Both the position numbers and the translations under genes were made by a program. From assembly GCF_011386835.1 (NCBI RefSeq), contig NC_088795.1:120218001-120282000 (forward strand): DNA of 64,000 nucleotides, read 5' to 3'. The stretch comes from Chrysemys picta bellii (taxonomy: Eukaryota). Below, in pieces: positions 1 to 13,094 of this stretch. The notes below the pieces were generated by a model, which worked only from the letters and a program-made list of their open reading frames with translations, had not been told where the DNA came from and made no database searches. Numbering within the stretch: the stretch's first letter is position 1; every line of letters starts with the position of its first letter.

Positions 1-1415
1 GAGAATCAGTGTCTTTGGGCCACATCATGTTCTGAATGAAATAAATGGGAATTTTATCATTATATTCAATGAGCGAAGGAGTAGAATGGTGGTGTGCAAA
101 TCACAGGGCTCAGGATATTGAACTGTGCATTTATTTTAATTTCAAATAATTATAATTGGAGAACAGCATTAATACCTAGAATACTTGGGAAAGAGACAAT
201 AATAGGATGTTAACATTGCATCATTTTAAGCCCCAGTATTTGTAATTTACAGAATGAAAATTCTACTTTATTTAAATGTCATATATAGTTCTGATAAATA
301 AATATTGTTAATATTTAAATGTATGTAAATTGTGCAGACAAAATATTAAATATAATAGCTGCACATTAAAACATTATTTTTAAAACTAGTCTTCTCCCTT
401 TAAGGACTGTAATAGGATTTCACATTTGCACTTGATTTTACTGCATTTTAATCTGGGCAAAAGCTTCTATGGTATAAGCCATTCAACGTGGGCCAATTGA
501 TGTGTAAATTTTTACATTCAGCCTCAAACCTGTAAAGGATTCTTCTGTAAAAAATGCTAAGAGAAGTGTAAATTTTCAGATTCCAGTTTACTGACTTTCT
601 GTTCTTAGCCTCTTTTCCAGATAATAAATCAAGCAAATAGTTCATATTGAACAAATTGCAGAGGTTAATTAAAATATATATTGAGTACTTCAGCTGCTGT
701 ACAGAACAGTTAAGTTACTCTTTGTCATCTCTGGCCCAGATTTGCTGTATATGTTGTATTAAAGTTCATGTCTTCATGCATGAAGATTGCATGTTATGAC
801 ACCATTGCAATAAAGGAAAAAAGAACAGACAGATGTTTGACTTCTACTGACACATACACATTCCTCTCAACTACACATTGTCAGATTCTCCCCTCCCCCC
901 CATTATAAAACTATAACTTCAAATTGCCAAACAAACACCACTTGGCTGGGGCAGGGCCATTTGACCAAAAAATAGTTTTGCCTTATTGCTCTATGATGAC
1001 GTGACTATTAGCTTTGAAATAAAAAACTGGAAATAAAAATGGCTGGCTAGCCATTGCTCGAAACAAATCACATGGCTACATGAGCTAACAATGCGTTAGA
1101 CATTACAGAAACATCTGGAAGAGGATATGCATGATATTATGCTAAATTTTGGGGGGGGGGACACCCCATATTTGAAGAATTTAAATCAATCCCATTCTGG
1201 GTTGCATTTGGGTACCCATTTATTTGCACTGAAGCATGTCTTCTATAATGTAGGAAAGAAAAAGATTTGAAAATTAATTAATTAAATAAATAATTACATA
1301 ACACACATTAATGAATGGAAAATGTATTACTGAAAAAAGTTAAAATGGCATGAAACTAAAATAAACAAAAAGGTCACACACTAATTGTATAAGAACAGAA
1401 ACTAAAATTGAGGGA

Positions 1416-1627
1416 AAAAGAAGAACAGGAGGACTTGTGGCACCTTAGAGACTAACAAATTTATTAGAGCATAAGCTTTCGTGGACTATAGCCCACTTCT
1501 TCGGATGCATATAAGAAGTGGGCTATAGTCCACGAAAGCTTATGCTCTAATAAATTTGTTAGTCTCTAAGGTGCCACAAGTCCTCCTGTTCTTCTTTTTG
1601 CGGATACAGACTAACACGGCTGCTACT
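1416..1627. mobile_element. Short palindromic Penelope-derived insertion (hairpin arms about 87 bp) with hammerhead-like motif
   Basis: Inverted arms at about 1415-1501 and 1513-1599. Tail cagactaacacggctgctactct. 14-bp TSD ctaaaattgaggga at 1402-1415 and 1628-1641. Confidence 0.8.
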
Positions 1628-2374
1628 CTAAAATTGAGGGAATTCACTTGCAGTAATTCAAGATAGTGGGCAGGCCTATTGGTAGAGAAAGATTCATGTG
1701 ATCTTATAAGTTAAGCCTGAAGTTTTTCAATATAGGGAGTCTGTAGAAAAACCTTTTAAAAGAGTATGGTGAACCTATACCCCTGAGGTTCCAGCTATTA
1801 GAGGACATTTTGGGCCTTATGGGTTAAAAAGTGATCTCCTGTGGGCTACAATAGTCTCATTTACAGCTTTGAATGGTATACAGTACATCTGGTTACTTTT
1901 TCAGCCCATGGTGGAATAACTTTTTCAATATAAATTTGAACTGTCATCAGTGTATAGTAGTATTATTTTGTTATTTATTATTTGTTTCAATGGAGACAGT
2001 GCACGTGGGCCTGATCCAGACCGCACTGAAGTAAATGAAAAGACTTGCTCTTGCTGTGCTCCTATGGAACTACTCCAGATTTATTCTGATGTAGCCAGAG
2101 GCAGAACTTGTTCCAAATCACCAGGCAAACAGTGGTAATGGGTAGTGGTGCTGCAGTTTGTGTCTGCATGCATTGCATTCAATGAACCTTAGAATATGGA
2201 TGGGTGGGACTAGAGCAGGGGGGGAAATTTTGGACAAATAGTTTATTTGCTGAAAATGTAGTTTGTCAACCCAAAACTATTTGTGACAAGAATTAGCCAA
2301 ATTAGTTGCCACCACTGCCTCCCGCCTTATAACATTTCCCCCAGTGGTTAGAGTTCGCACTGGGGCTGTGGAAG

Positions 2375-2863
2375 CAGGGCCAGTGCTAGCATTTAGGCCA
2401 ACTAGGTGGTTGCCTAGGGCACCAAGATTTGGGGGCACCAAAAAGCAGTGCCCCGGATTGTTTTTTTTGGGTTTTTTTTGTTTTTTTTTTTTTAACAGCA
2501 GCCACTGCGCTGGGAGGGAGAGGGAGTCTGAACCGCCGGCTGGCAACCCTAGGGGTTTCCCTGGGTCAGTGCGCCGCCGGCAACCCTAGGGGTTCCCCTG
2601 GGTCAGAGCTGCCTCACGGATCCCCAGGCCGGGGGGTGAGGAGCTGCCGCGGGGGGGTGCCTCGGGGTGGGGGGGAGCTGCCGCACGGCTCCCCAGGCTG
2701 GGGGAGGGAGCTGCTGCGGAGGGGGTGCCTCAGGGCAGGGGGGAGCTGACGTGGGGGGGGCACCTCAGGGTGGAGGGGGGGCGGAGAGCTGCCGCAGGGC
2801 TGGGGGCGGGGGCGCAAGGTGGAAGTTTTGCCTAGGGCACGAAACTTCCTTGCACCTGCCCTG
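2375..2863. mobile_element. GC-rich hAT-type MITE (CAGGGCC termini) inserted in a tRNA-like SINE relic
   Basis: TIRs cagggccagtgc and gcacctgccctg. Perfect 8-bp TSD tgtggaag at 2367-2374 and 2864-2871. Confidence 0.85.
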
Positions 2864-3347
2864 TGTGGAAGACCAAGTTTAAATTCTTGCTGAGGAGCAC
2901 AGATTTGATCCCAGGTCTCCCCTTTCCCAGTGAGTGCCCTAATCACCAGGCAATTCTGGGCTGGGGTCTCCTGTTGATGCTGTTCCACTTTGTATAAAAC
3001 ACTTGAATAACGGGTCTCCTGTGTCCCCGGTGAGTGCACTAACCAACAGGCTATAAGTTATAAGACAATTAGCACTATATCCTTTGTTTATTTTGTAAAT
3101 CTAGCCCTTAAAAATGCTCAGAAATCAATATAATTTTTGTTTGACCCAAAACAGACTTTTTGATCCGCCTAAAATTTTCAGCAGTTTTTGGGTTCCGGTC
3201 AAACTGAATTTTTTTTCTTCTTCTAAGAATGGGCACCAAACTGAAAAATGAGTTATTCTTCCAGCTGGCAGAGTGAAGTGAATGGGGGCGTATGGGAGAA
3301 GAGGGGAAATCAGAAGCTATGATAGGAAACAGTACCACGAGCTAGAG

Positions 3348-3992
3348 CAGGGATTCTCAACCTTTTTCTTTCTGAGCCCTTCTCCCACCAACATGCTATA
3401 AAAACTTCACATCCCACCCAGGGCCGGCTCCAGCTTTTTTGCCGCCCCAAGTGGTGAAAAATTAAAAAAAAATTTTAAAAAGGAAAAGCTGATTGAGCTC
3501 CTGCCAAAGTGCTGCCGAAGAGGAAGAGATGGAGTGAAGGACTCGCTGCCGAACACCACAGCGGAGCAGTTGAGCAGCCGCCGAACGGCTGGCGAAGACC
3601 CGGACATACCGCCTCAATACTGGACAGACTGCTACCCCTTTCTATTGGCCGCCCCAGGCACCTGCTTCCTTTGCTGGTGCCTGGAGCCAGCCTGGTCCCA
3701 CCAGTGCCACAACTGTTTTTCTACATATAAAAGCCAGGGCTGGCATTAGTGGGTAGCAAGCAGGGCAATTGCCCGTGGCCCCACGCCACAGGGCCTCACA
3801 CAAAGCTAAGTTGCTCAGGCTTCGGCTTCAGCCCCAGGTAACGGGGCTTGGCACCCCAGGCTTCGGCCCCACATGGCGGAGCTGCAACTTTCTGCCCTGG
3901 GTCCCAGCAAGTCTAACACTGGCCTTGCTTGGCGGACCCCCTGAAACCTGCTCATGCCCCCAGGGCCCCAGACCCTCGGTTGAGAAATGCTG
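3348..3992. mobile_element. hAT-type non-autonomous element hosting a nested MITE
   Basis: Termini cagggattctcaacc and ggttgagaaatgctg. 8-bp TSD agctagag at 3340-3347 and 3993-4000. Confidence 0.8.
3419..3694. mobile_element. CAGGGCCGGC-family hAT MITE nested in 3348-3992
   Basis: TIRs cagggccggctcca and tggagccagcctg. TSD atcccacc/gtcccacc (7 of 8 match). Confidence 0.8.
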
Positions 3993-5078
3993 AGCTAGAG
4001 CAGATTTGTGAAGAGCCTTTCAAGATCAGGACAAAGTTTGAACATGGTGAAGAAATCCAAGAGAGAGGTGACTGACCAGTGAGGGAAGATCATGAACTTC
4101 ACAGCAGCTACATGGAGCTTCAGAATTTGCTTGGGATATTTTTTTAACAGAAATTTTCAGATCATAGCTCTTCAATATTTTTTCAGTTGGGTTGCTTTAT
4201 AATGTCTTTCACTTCATCCTTTTCTCTTATTGTTGGCTTCTTCTCCTGGGGCTGTTCACAATTTGGCTATTTCTCACTTTCTGTGTCACTTGATTGCATT
4301 GGCTGCTATTATACACATTTTTTGTTGCTTTCTCTTGATTGCTACACTTATTATGCATATGGTTCATTAATGGTTGCACTCAGTTGGAGGTTGGAAGTGT
4401 TCAAGACACTTTGACTGCTGGTGAAATCCTTATTGTGTTCCTGTGTCTGATTTTTCACTCTATCTTTGTCTCTTTATTTTCAGAGTTTCTTTAATTTGAG
4501 AGGTTTGTTCAGTTAGTTCTACCTGATTATCCATTGTTGTAAATTGGTTTATATTTTGTAGTGTTGTTAGGCATACTTCTGGCACTGTGTAGCTGGCTGA
4601 TCTTGTCTAGCAGGTTTTTTTATGCAGTTGCAGACTTGACTTTTAAAACATATATAAAGGGAATGTAGTTCCCATGAAAAATGCTGCATTGACAGCAATG
4701 GAAATTTAAGTCACTTATAAATCCACAGAATAGGTGCAGTATACCCAGTAGCAATCATGTTTCCCCATATGCACCGCCTACATCTCTTAACTCTGACCTG
4801 GAGAAGACCTAGGGCTTGTCTATGCTGCCCTGCAGTTTGGACTATGGGGGTGTGAATAGCTGTGGGCACCAAAGTACTGTAACTTCTGCATGTAGATGTT
4901 GCAGGTGCAGGCTAAAAGGTTCCTAGTCCTAGTCCACAGCTGAAAAGGTTCATTCCTTTCCCCAGTGGCACACATAGCCTCTCTGCAAAGCCTGTAAGCA
5001 AGAGCACCACTGGTGGCCATATTTTTGACAAAAGCACATTTCTGCACAACAGAAACCAAATCTACCAACTCATTTCAC

Positions 5079-5650
5079 TCATAGAATCATAGAACTGGAA
5101 GGGACCTCAAGAGGTCATCTAGTCCAGTCCCCTGCACTCAAGGCAGGACTAAGTATTATCTAGACCATCCCTGACAGGTGTTTGTCCAACCTGCTCTTAA
5201 AAATCTGCAATGATGGAAATTCCATAGGCAATTTATTCCAGTGCTTAACCACTCTGACAGTTAGGAAGTTTTCCTAATGTCCAACCTAAACCGCCCTTGC
5301 TGCAATTTAAGCCCATTGCTTCTTGTCCTATCCTCAGAGGTTAAGAAGAACAATTTTTCTCCCTCCTCTTTGTAACAACCTTTTATGTACTTGAAAACTA
5401 TTATCATGTCCCCCCTCAGTTTTCTCTTCTCCAGACTAAACAAACACAATTTTTTCAATCTTCCCTCATAGGTAATGTTTTCTAGACCTTTAATCATTTT
5501 TGTTGCTCTTCTCTGGACTTTCTCCAATTTGTCCACATCTTTCCTGAAATTTGGCACCCAGAACTGGACACATTACTCCAGCTGAGGCCTAATCAGCGCA
5601 GAGTAGAGCAGAAGAATTACTTCTTGCTTATAATACTCCTGCTAATACAT
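5079..5650 (-). mobile_element. 5'-truncated CR1 LINE (ORF2 C-terminus and 3' UTR)
   Basis: Minus-strand ORF 5261-5557 (KLEKVQRRATKMIKGLE...RLKKLCLFSLEKRKLRGDMI...NGLKLQQGRFRLDIRK) is typical of the CR1 ORF2 C-terminus. The (ATTCTATG)-type tail reads tcatagaatcatagaa on +. Confidence 0.92.
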
Positions 5651-6934
5651 CCCATAATCCCACCTCATGTTACTAAACAGCAAATGGGTGGTAGTATCTT
5701 TCAGTCATCATCAAACCAACTACCTAGTATGAAAGCCTTTCTATCCCAGTAACTGCTACTACTGCTCTTTAGTTTACAGAAGATCTTCCTTTAGCCAAGG
5801 CACTTGGTAATTTAAAAAAAGTACAGTTATATTGGATCATGAAGAGAAGCACCAATAAGAGAGAAAAGAGATAAGAATACTTAGTATTACCGGCATATAA
5901 ATGATAACAAAAAGCAAAACTAGGAATGAGTTGACTACTATAATCTGTGCAAAGGAAGACAAGGAGTGGACCAGGAATGGAACCCTGTGGTATGGAAAGA
6001 AAATGGAAAGAGAGTTTGCTAACCCATAACAGCCAAAAGAAATGCTAGGAAAGATAAGACTGGAACCATGAGAGTACAGAGCTTTGTATTCCAAAGAAGC
6101 AGGTAGTCAGTAGTAATGAAAGCAGTACAAAGGGCAAGGAGAGTAAGAACGTGAGAGGGGAAGATAAAAATGTTTAGCAGAGGAGAGGAAATTAGAAACA
6201 GACAGGAAAGCAGTCAGTGGAATAGTTAGAGAGATTCTGGCTATAAAGAAAATCAGATAGCATGGTGTGAAAGAGAGGTTCAAAGTTAGGAGTGAAGAAG
6301 CATGGTCCATAACTCTAAAGAGAAAAAGAAGATCAGAGATGGTGGTTTAAACCCCGGAGCTGTCCATAGCTCCCTTTGAACTCACCTGTCTTTCAAATTA
6401 TTCTTTGTTTGCAATTGTTTTTTTGTGTTCCAGGCTCATTGTGTTTCCCCTCATTAGCACATTCATGTTTTGCTACTGTCTATTTTCTTTTCTTTGTTTT
6501 ATATTGGGTGTAACAGACATTACATGATATCCTGTATGCAGTTACCCAGAAGGAAGGTGAGAAAGTTTGTGCTTTAATTTGCTCGGAGAGTTGCATACAT
6601 TTTGTTCATTTTTGTAGGTGTCTTTTAAATTTGATGTTCCAGTGTCTTTTAAAAGACTCCCTGATTCCTGATTATGGGGTTGGTCCTGGCACGTGCTGAG
6701 TCCTCTTACAAGGTTCTGAGTCTCACTGAGATGTGTAGGAGCTGAGGAGACTCAAAGCAACTCCACTTTACTTCCTTTTCTCAGTTGACTTTTAGGATTG
6801 ATAGTGATAGTTTCTTCAATAATTAGAGACTGGTTCACATCAAAACCTAGATATTAATATACCTGAATTTATGGGAAAATTTGCATCTGAACTCAGTTCC
6901 CAATCTTGCAGCTCAGGCCAATCTCTTTCAAAGG

Positions 6935-7135
6935 GATGTTTGCAATGTTGTTGTAGCCATGTTGGTCCCAGGATTTTAGAAAGACAAGGTGGATGAAGTA
7001 ATATCTTTTATTGGACCAACTTCTGTCGGTGAAAGAGAGAAGCTTTTGAGCTTCACAGAGCTCTTCAGAAGAAAATGCTTGTCTGTTTCACCCACAGAAG
7101 TTGGTCCAATAAAAGATATTACCACATTGTCTCTC
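6935..7135. mobile_element. Degenerate palindromic Penelope-derived insertion, second subfamily
   Basis: Inverted arms gtaatatcttttattggaccaacttctgt and acagaagttggtccaataaaagatattac. Similar to 29340-29445 and 34205-34300. Confidence 0.7.
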
Positions 7136-7423
7136 AGTAGAAGGAATATTTAAACAATATTTAATTGTGATAGTTTTCTGTGATGCTGGCATCTCGGTTT
7201 AAAAGAGAACAAAAGAATCCAATGTTACTATAACCAAAAGACTCGAGTAATTTTTAAAAGGACAGCATTGTACCCAAAAACTAACAGTGTTTCCAAAAGG
7301 TTCTTAGGCCTTGTCTACACTACACAGTTTTGTCGACAAAAGTCAGCTTTCGTTGACAAAACACTGGAGGTGTACACGCACTGAACTGCTCCTCCTGCCA
7401 ATGTAAAACCCCTACTATGCCAA

Positions 7424-8708
7424 CATGGGCGGTGCGTGTGTCCTCCATTCAGGGAAGCTGCGCACGCTCAGTCCATGGCTCCCCCTAAGGCCTGCCCCTC
7501 TCAGCCTCCATCCCCCGGTCCCACTCGACCCACTCCCGCCCGCCTCTCGTGCCTCTTCACCCCCTCCCTCTGTCCTTCCCCCCCACTCTCCGCTCGCACT
7601 TGTTCACCCCCTCCTCAGCTCCCCACCTGCAGCTTATGTTATCTGTGTTCCCCTAAAAACCAACCCAGGGTCAGACTTGTATTAGTTTTATTACAATGCC
7701 GCTGTTAGGTCAGGTAGAAAAGAGATGGAGCTTATTCATACACGCACACATTCACTGCATTCATACCCTCATGCACCCACACACTTACACAGGCGGAAAG
7801 TTACCGGAGACAGCATGGAGACCGAGAAGCCAAAGCGGGGTCGATCTGGTGTGTCCGCCTGTGGTCACGAATCCAGGCTGCTGAGCAGGTCAAGGAGCAG
7901 CAGCTGCTTGTGTGCGTGGCTGCTTCCTTTTTCTGGAACTGGGCGGCTCCTGTCACGTACACTGAGTTTTTCCTTCCATGTCCATCACCGAGAAGCATTC
8001 CCAGACCAGTTCCTTTCATGCATACCAGGTTCTTCTTCTCTTTACAGCACTTCGTGATTGCCTTCTCAGGACAGATTATATCAGACACACCTGTCTCTGG
8101 GCTCCTTTCTCCTTGCAGTTCCTCTCCGCCCAATCCCACATACACTCCCTTGTTCACACTCCCTTATCTTCCCCACACACTCCCCTGTTCACACTCTCTC
8201 TGATTGTGTGATGGGCTGTTACACAGCTTGGAAGTTCATACAAGTGGTAACTTGAAAAGGTTACAGAGTTTGCAAAGGTTACAAAACTTCAAAGGCTATG
8301 CTAACAATAACTGAAGTTACAAAGTCTGCCAAAAGGTTGCAGAACGTAATGATACAAGTTACAGATCTTACAATCGCATTTGAGCGGAGGCTTTACATAA
8401 TATCTTACACCTCTTCGCCCCCTTCCCGCCCCACCCACCACCGCTCATACCTCTTCACTTCCTCCCCTGAGCCTCCCTGCCCACTGGCCAGTCAGCTGCT
8501 CACCGCTTGAGTGAGGTCCCCATGTGGGCAAGGGGGGACAGGAAGAGGCAGAACCTCAGGGGGAGAGGACAAGTGGGGTCTTGGGGCGGAGCGCAGGTGG
8601 GGCCACAGCCAGGGCACCTACCCTTTCAGCGGTGGTGCAGTCCAAAGGCAGCAGGCTGACTGTTCGGGGAGGCTTAGCCTCCCTGGCCTCTTATACCCGC
8701 CGCCTAAG
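7424..8708. mobile_element. hAT-like element (cat(g/a)ggcgg...ccgcctaag termini) inserted in a ctacact-type MITE and containing an LTR-like segment
   Basis: 8-bp TSD tatgccaa at 7416-7423 and 8709-8716. The host MITE begins about 7305 (ggccttgtctacactac). Confidence 0.6.
7637..8397 (-). mobile_element. LTR-like segment (possible solo LTR)
   Basis: On the minus strand it starts TGT, ends ACA and has AATAAA near its 3' end (ttttattac at about 7686 on +). No clean TSD found. Confidence 0.35.
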
Positions 8709-11130
8709 TATGCCAACATCATAAACCCACCTCAATGAGAGGCATGGGACATATTCTACTCTCACTAAATAATTGTCTGACCCCCACTATTATTTCCTAC
8801 AACGGTGAAAATTTAAATCGCTAAACAGCTTTAAAAAACACTTTAAAATATATGTTGATATTATCCTTCAAAATTAAAAATAAGAATTGAATTCTGCCAA
8901 TCCTACCTGTAAGAGTCAAGAAGCAATTTTCCCCTCAAAGAATTGCATGGCTTGTTCATTGTACTCGATTCTGGTTTTTTCAGAGTGAAGTGGGGTTGAA
9001 GGTAGGATTGGTGATCATCTGAAGCATCAGGTACAGCCACTGCTAGATGCCAATACTAGGCTAGCTCCAATAAACTCTCTGATATAGAGAATTTTCTGAT
9101 CCCATTTTAGCTGTAATTAGGGTTAAATAATTTAAAGTTAAACTATTAAAGAGCCAAGTACTCATAATCTTGATGGTGTAAATAGAACATATAACTTTGG
9201 ACATTGTTTTCTGTCAATCACTCTCAAGTCCTTTTCATCCTGGATAAACCCTAAGTATTTGTTTTCATAGCTAATACATTTGTTCATATAGTATGTTAGT
9301 AAAATTTCATAATGCTATCCTAATCTCAAGTATATTCTTTCCTTATGTCTCTTTTACTTAAAAAAAATCTGACACATTTAATCTATTTTTCCCTAAGAAC
9401 ATACAAATCATACATTTAAGGCAAAATGCCCTCAATAATAACACATGGATGCAAAAGCATCCTGTGATTGTGTCTCTTCTATCTTACTGTAAACTGACTG
9501 GCAGTTTAACAGTTGGTTATTTGAAGAGCATCTTGTCGCAAGATAGAAATCTATGCATTTGGAACTGTATTTGTCAAGATCTCATGTCACAAGTTTGCTT
9601 TGGAGCCCTCTAAAGACTAGCTACTGCTCTTCTGTGTTTATTGTCAAAATACTGAGCCAGCTTTTTGGCCAGTGTCAGAGTAGAGAATATGATTCTACTT
9701 CAGAATCTTTTTTTGTTTACACAGTTTTTGATACTTACTGTTTTTAAGTGCTATAAATCTTCCTTTAAATGTTCCTACCACTGAATAAAATCAGCCAGAT
9801 AAAACAGGAAAAGTGGTTCAGGATGAATAAAGAGGCGTAGATGGTACTTTATATAGTGCCATAAAAGAGTTGGCCTCTAGGTATACCACGAGTATGGGTC
9901 TCAAAGGCCTAGATCTTAAATAAATGTTATTTTTTCTTTTATTTTAGCATGAACAAACTAAATGAAAAGAAAACCACTCATTCTCATTTATTGTTAATTT
10001 TGTGCAGTGCTTCTGCCAAGATAACCTCAAAAGATATTCACACAGCCTGAATCAGAGAGATTATTATTCCAAATAGAGTGACCATTGTTAACCCTACTGG
10101 GGAGTTAAGGGATACTATAAAAATACTAATAAATAATAGTACTAAGTGTAGTTTATTAAAGAGTAAGCAAGAGGCACCTGTTAAACCTTAGGGACTCACC
10201 ATTTTCCTAGAGTTAATGGAGATGCCTCTGTGGGGCAATATGTCAAGAAAGAGGTAAGTTTGTGAACTCTCAGAGGAGGTTGGGACTCATAGCAGGAGTG
10301 TGTTGTATTCTACATTCTCCACCCCACCATGCCAGGATCCTTGCCCCATCATTGACTTGTAAGCATAACTTGGCCCCTTCACTTTCCTGCCAAGTCCTAC
10401 CTCTTCCCTCATACTACAAAGCACCAGCGGGTATGTGGGAGCAGGAGAAGATGTCGTAGATGGTTAGATAAACTATGGAGACAAGAGTGGCTGGCCATCT
10501 GGTGAGTGAGGGCAATCTGGCACTTTGGCAGAAGAAGCTTCTTCCAATGTTCATCACACAGGAGCAGTGGGGTTGGGGATGGACTCTAGTTAGAACGAGG
10601 AATGAGAGAGAGAATAAGTGAGTGAGTCCAGGTGCAGGGAGAAAGCTGTTGTGGCAAGGAAGGAGGTGAGAGAACCAGGAAGGAGATGACAGAACTCCAG
10701 TCTCCAAGATAGCTCTGAGAAAGTCTGGAGGTCTGAGTAAGTCTTCTTATGGGCCTCTCACAAACCATGCTGTTTCTACTCAGTAGAGTCATTTTAAATC
10801 ATATGGATTAGCCTGACCTTCCCATCCTGCAGTTACTATCCATCTCTTAAAAACCAATTATGTGGAAATTAAAAATATGTAATAAAAACACAGCAAATAT
10901 TAATTATTGTTACTGCAGAAAATAAAGTAATCCCGCTTCATCATTTGGGGCCAGTGTGCACTTGTGACTCTCATTGAAATCAGGCCAGCCCCAGTCAAGG
11001 ATCCAAGGGCTGAATTTGATTTGATCCTCATCTGCTTTCCTGCCTATTTTGCTAAGGAGAGAGGTATTATATAAATGCAAGCTTCGCCTTTTTATTTATT
11101 TATTTATTTACTTGTTTCCTTTGTGTCCAG

Positions 11131-11207
11131 GTAATCTGGGTTCCCAGCTGGTTGAGTATAAAGAAGAAATGTACATAACATCTGATTGTGGGAATACCTG
11201 GCGGCAG
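11131..11207 (+). CDS. SORCS2: SORCS2 internal coding exon (77 nt, phase 1 to 0): (G)NLGSQLVEYKEEMYITSDCGNTWRQ, VPS10 propeller Asp-box
   Basis: Acceptor ttgtgtccag|GT, donor CAG|gtaagg. The peptide matches my recollection of mammalian SORCS2 (GNLGSQLVEYKEEMYITSDCGHTWRQ) and differs from SORCS1/3. Confidence 0.95.
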
Positions 11208-13094
11208 GTAAGGAAGGGGAAATAAGACATTTGAAACTAATTTTGAGCATCAAATTATTATTTTTATTGATTGATTGATTGTAACAACAATTATCACATT
11301 TAATGCATTAACTAATTAAGTCTTCTAATCCTGTAGATGTAAGTAGCTATTATTATTCCCATTTTACTTTGAAACTGAGATGAAGGGAGAGATTTTCACA
11401 AGCAGTAGTGAGAATTAGGTTCCCAGCTGCTATTGATGTTCAGTAGGAAAAGGGCACCTATTTTGTCCCTTTGAAAATCTCCTCTTGAGTAACTTGCACA
11501 AGGATGGTGCAATCTTTCTTTCTTTCTTTCTTTTAAATTATTAGCCTTATTTCAGGATACTCAGAATGTATATACTCAGGAGTCAGACTTAGGATGCTCA
11601 CATGCAAAGGTTTTGTGCCTGATTAACTAGAAAGGAAAGAACTCTTCTATTTTTCCCAGTTTAAAATTGGTGTCAGACCTTTTTTTGGCCCAAATGATCT
11701 TAATAACAGAATAATAACAACACTTCAAACTTTCCAGTGTTTGAAATCACTTAAATCTTGTGCCCTACCTTTGAAAAATTTCTTTAGGATTTATGGCTAT
11801 TGTTTACCATATTTCTTCATAACTAAAAGTTTCTTCTTTACCAGGGTCTGATAAATAATTTTCTTCTACAGAACTAAAGAACTGCCCTCTTTCAAAATGA
11901 CTGATATCTCCCATTGTTCTCAATGGGACTGAAGATTCAGGAGGCTCTTGGGTGGCCATTTTGCAGGGGTCATCTGTCTCCTATTGTAAATGAAATCTCT
12001 GCCTCCTGACAGAATAGGAAGTCAACATCTTCCCTGGCTTGACTGAAATTGGAACCAGTTGGTGATGGTGGCCAGCTTGAAAGATGACAATTCTTAATGA
12101 GTTTTTCTGAAGGGAAAAACTGTATGCCTCATCTTCTGCTGATGGATAAACTTTCAGTTCTGAAAAATAGCAGCCAAAATAAGTGTTCATCCTACATATT
12201 TATTTTCAATGGCTACCTGATCAGATCAGCAGAGAGGGCAGGAGGGAGGAGGACATGAGTGTGTGCATGTGCAGGGAATGTAGGAGGTGCAATAGAGATG
12301 GGGAAATAGTGGTATGTATGCAAGGAATAAAGAGGATATAGAAAGGAAGAGGAAAATGATGTATGGACGTGCAGGGGTGTGTGAGAAGGTGCAAAGGCAG
12401 GGAGAAACTGGAGGGCAGGAGGGAGAGGTAAACCAGAATATACTCTCTCCAGCTGCTTTGCACTGTTCTGGTGAAATAATGTAGCTATAAACCCACTTTC
12501 AGTGACCAATATGTGAATGGCATAAAGCAGCCACAGCATACCACCAGTGAAAATAGGCCTTAAGCTGAAATCTTTAAAAATGCTTTAAAGTTGATGCTTC
12601 ATGTCTTCACATCATTAGAAACATTGCATGGTAATAGGCTCTTCGGCTTTATTTTGTGTTTGTATATGAAAATTCTAATTAAAGAAATTCCCAGTCAAAA
12701 ACTATATTAAAATTGATGTAAGGTTGAGAGTACATATCAGTAATTAAAGGTAAAATACACTACAGGGTTGATGTTATTAGCCCAATACCAAGTGTTATGA
12801 TCCCAGGAAATTCAGAGTTAAGGTTAACTTTTTTAAAAAATCAGAACCTAAGATATGGAATGGACAGGCACAGTTAAGGCACCCAAACAACTCAATCTTT
12901 GGATAATCTTAACTGTGCCCTTTAAGAACAACATGAGGGAGAAAATGTGATTTTTAATATTTTGTTTAATGTAATCTGATACAACAAACATGAAAATACC
13001 TTAATCATAATCTTACAATAATTGCATGACATCAATTGAGTTTTGAATTTCCTGGATTTACAGTGTTTGGATTTTAGATAATTATAACATCCCT

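Noticed and set aside
2277-3039. Several overlapping GC-rich ORFs of 70-141 aa
   Set aside because: They lie in a hAT MITE with TIRs and TSD. The peptides are low complexity with no splice or domain support.
5840-6320. Purine-rich block resembling an old LINE or an exon
   Set aside because: No recognisable protein motif or termini, so it could not be assigned.
6517-6556. 40-nt exon-like segment (aacag|...GAAG|gtgaga)
   Set aside because: The length is not a multiple of 3, the peptide is not SORCS2-like, and the pyrimidine tract is interrupted. Probably a pseudo-exon.
1-11130. Upstream SORCS2 exon (expected ...HLHLRWADNPY...APGLIMGAG)
   Set aside because: Not found by eye in any frame. Presumably it lies before the window.
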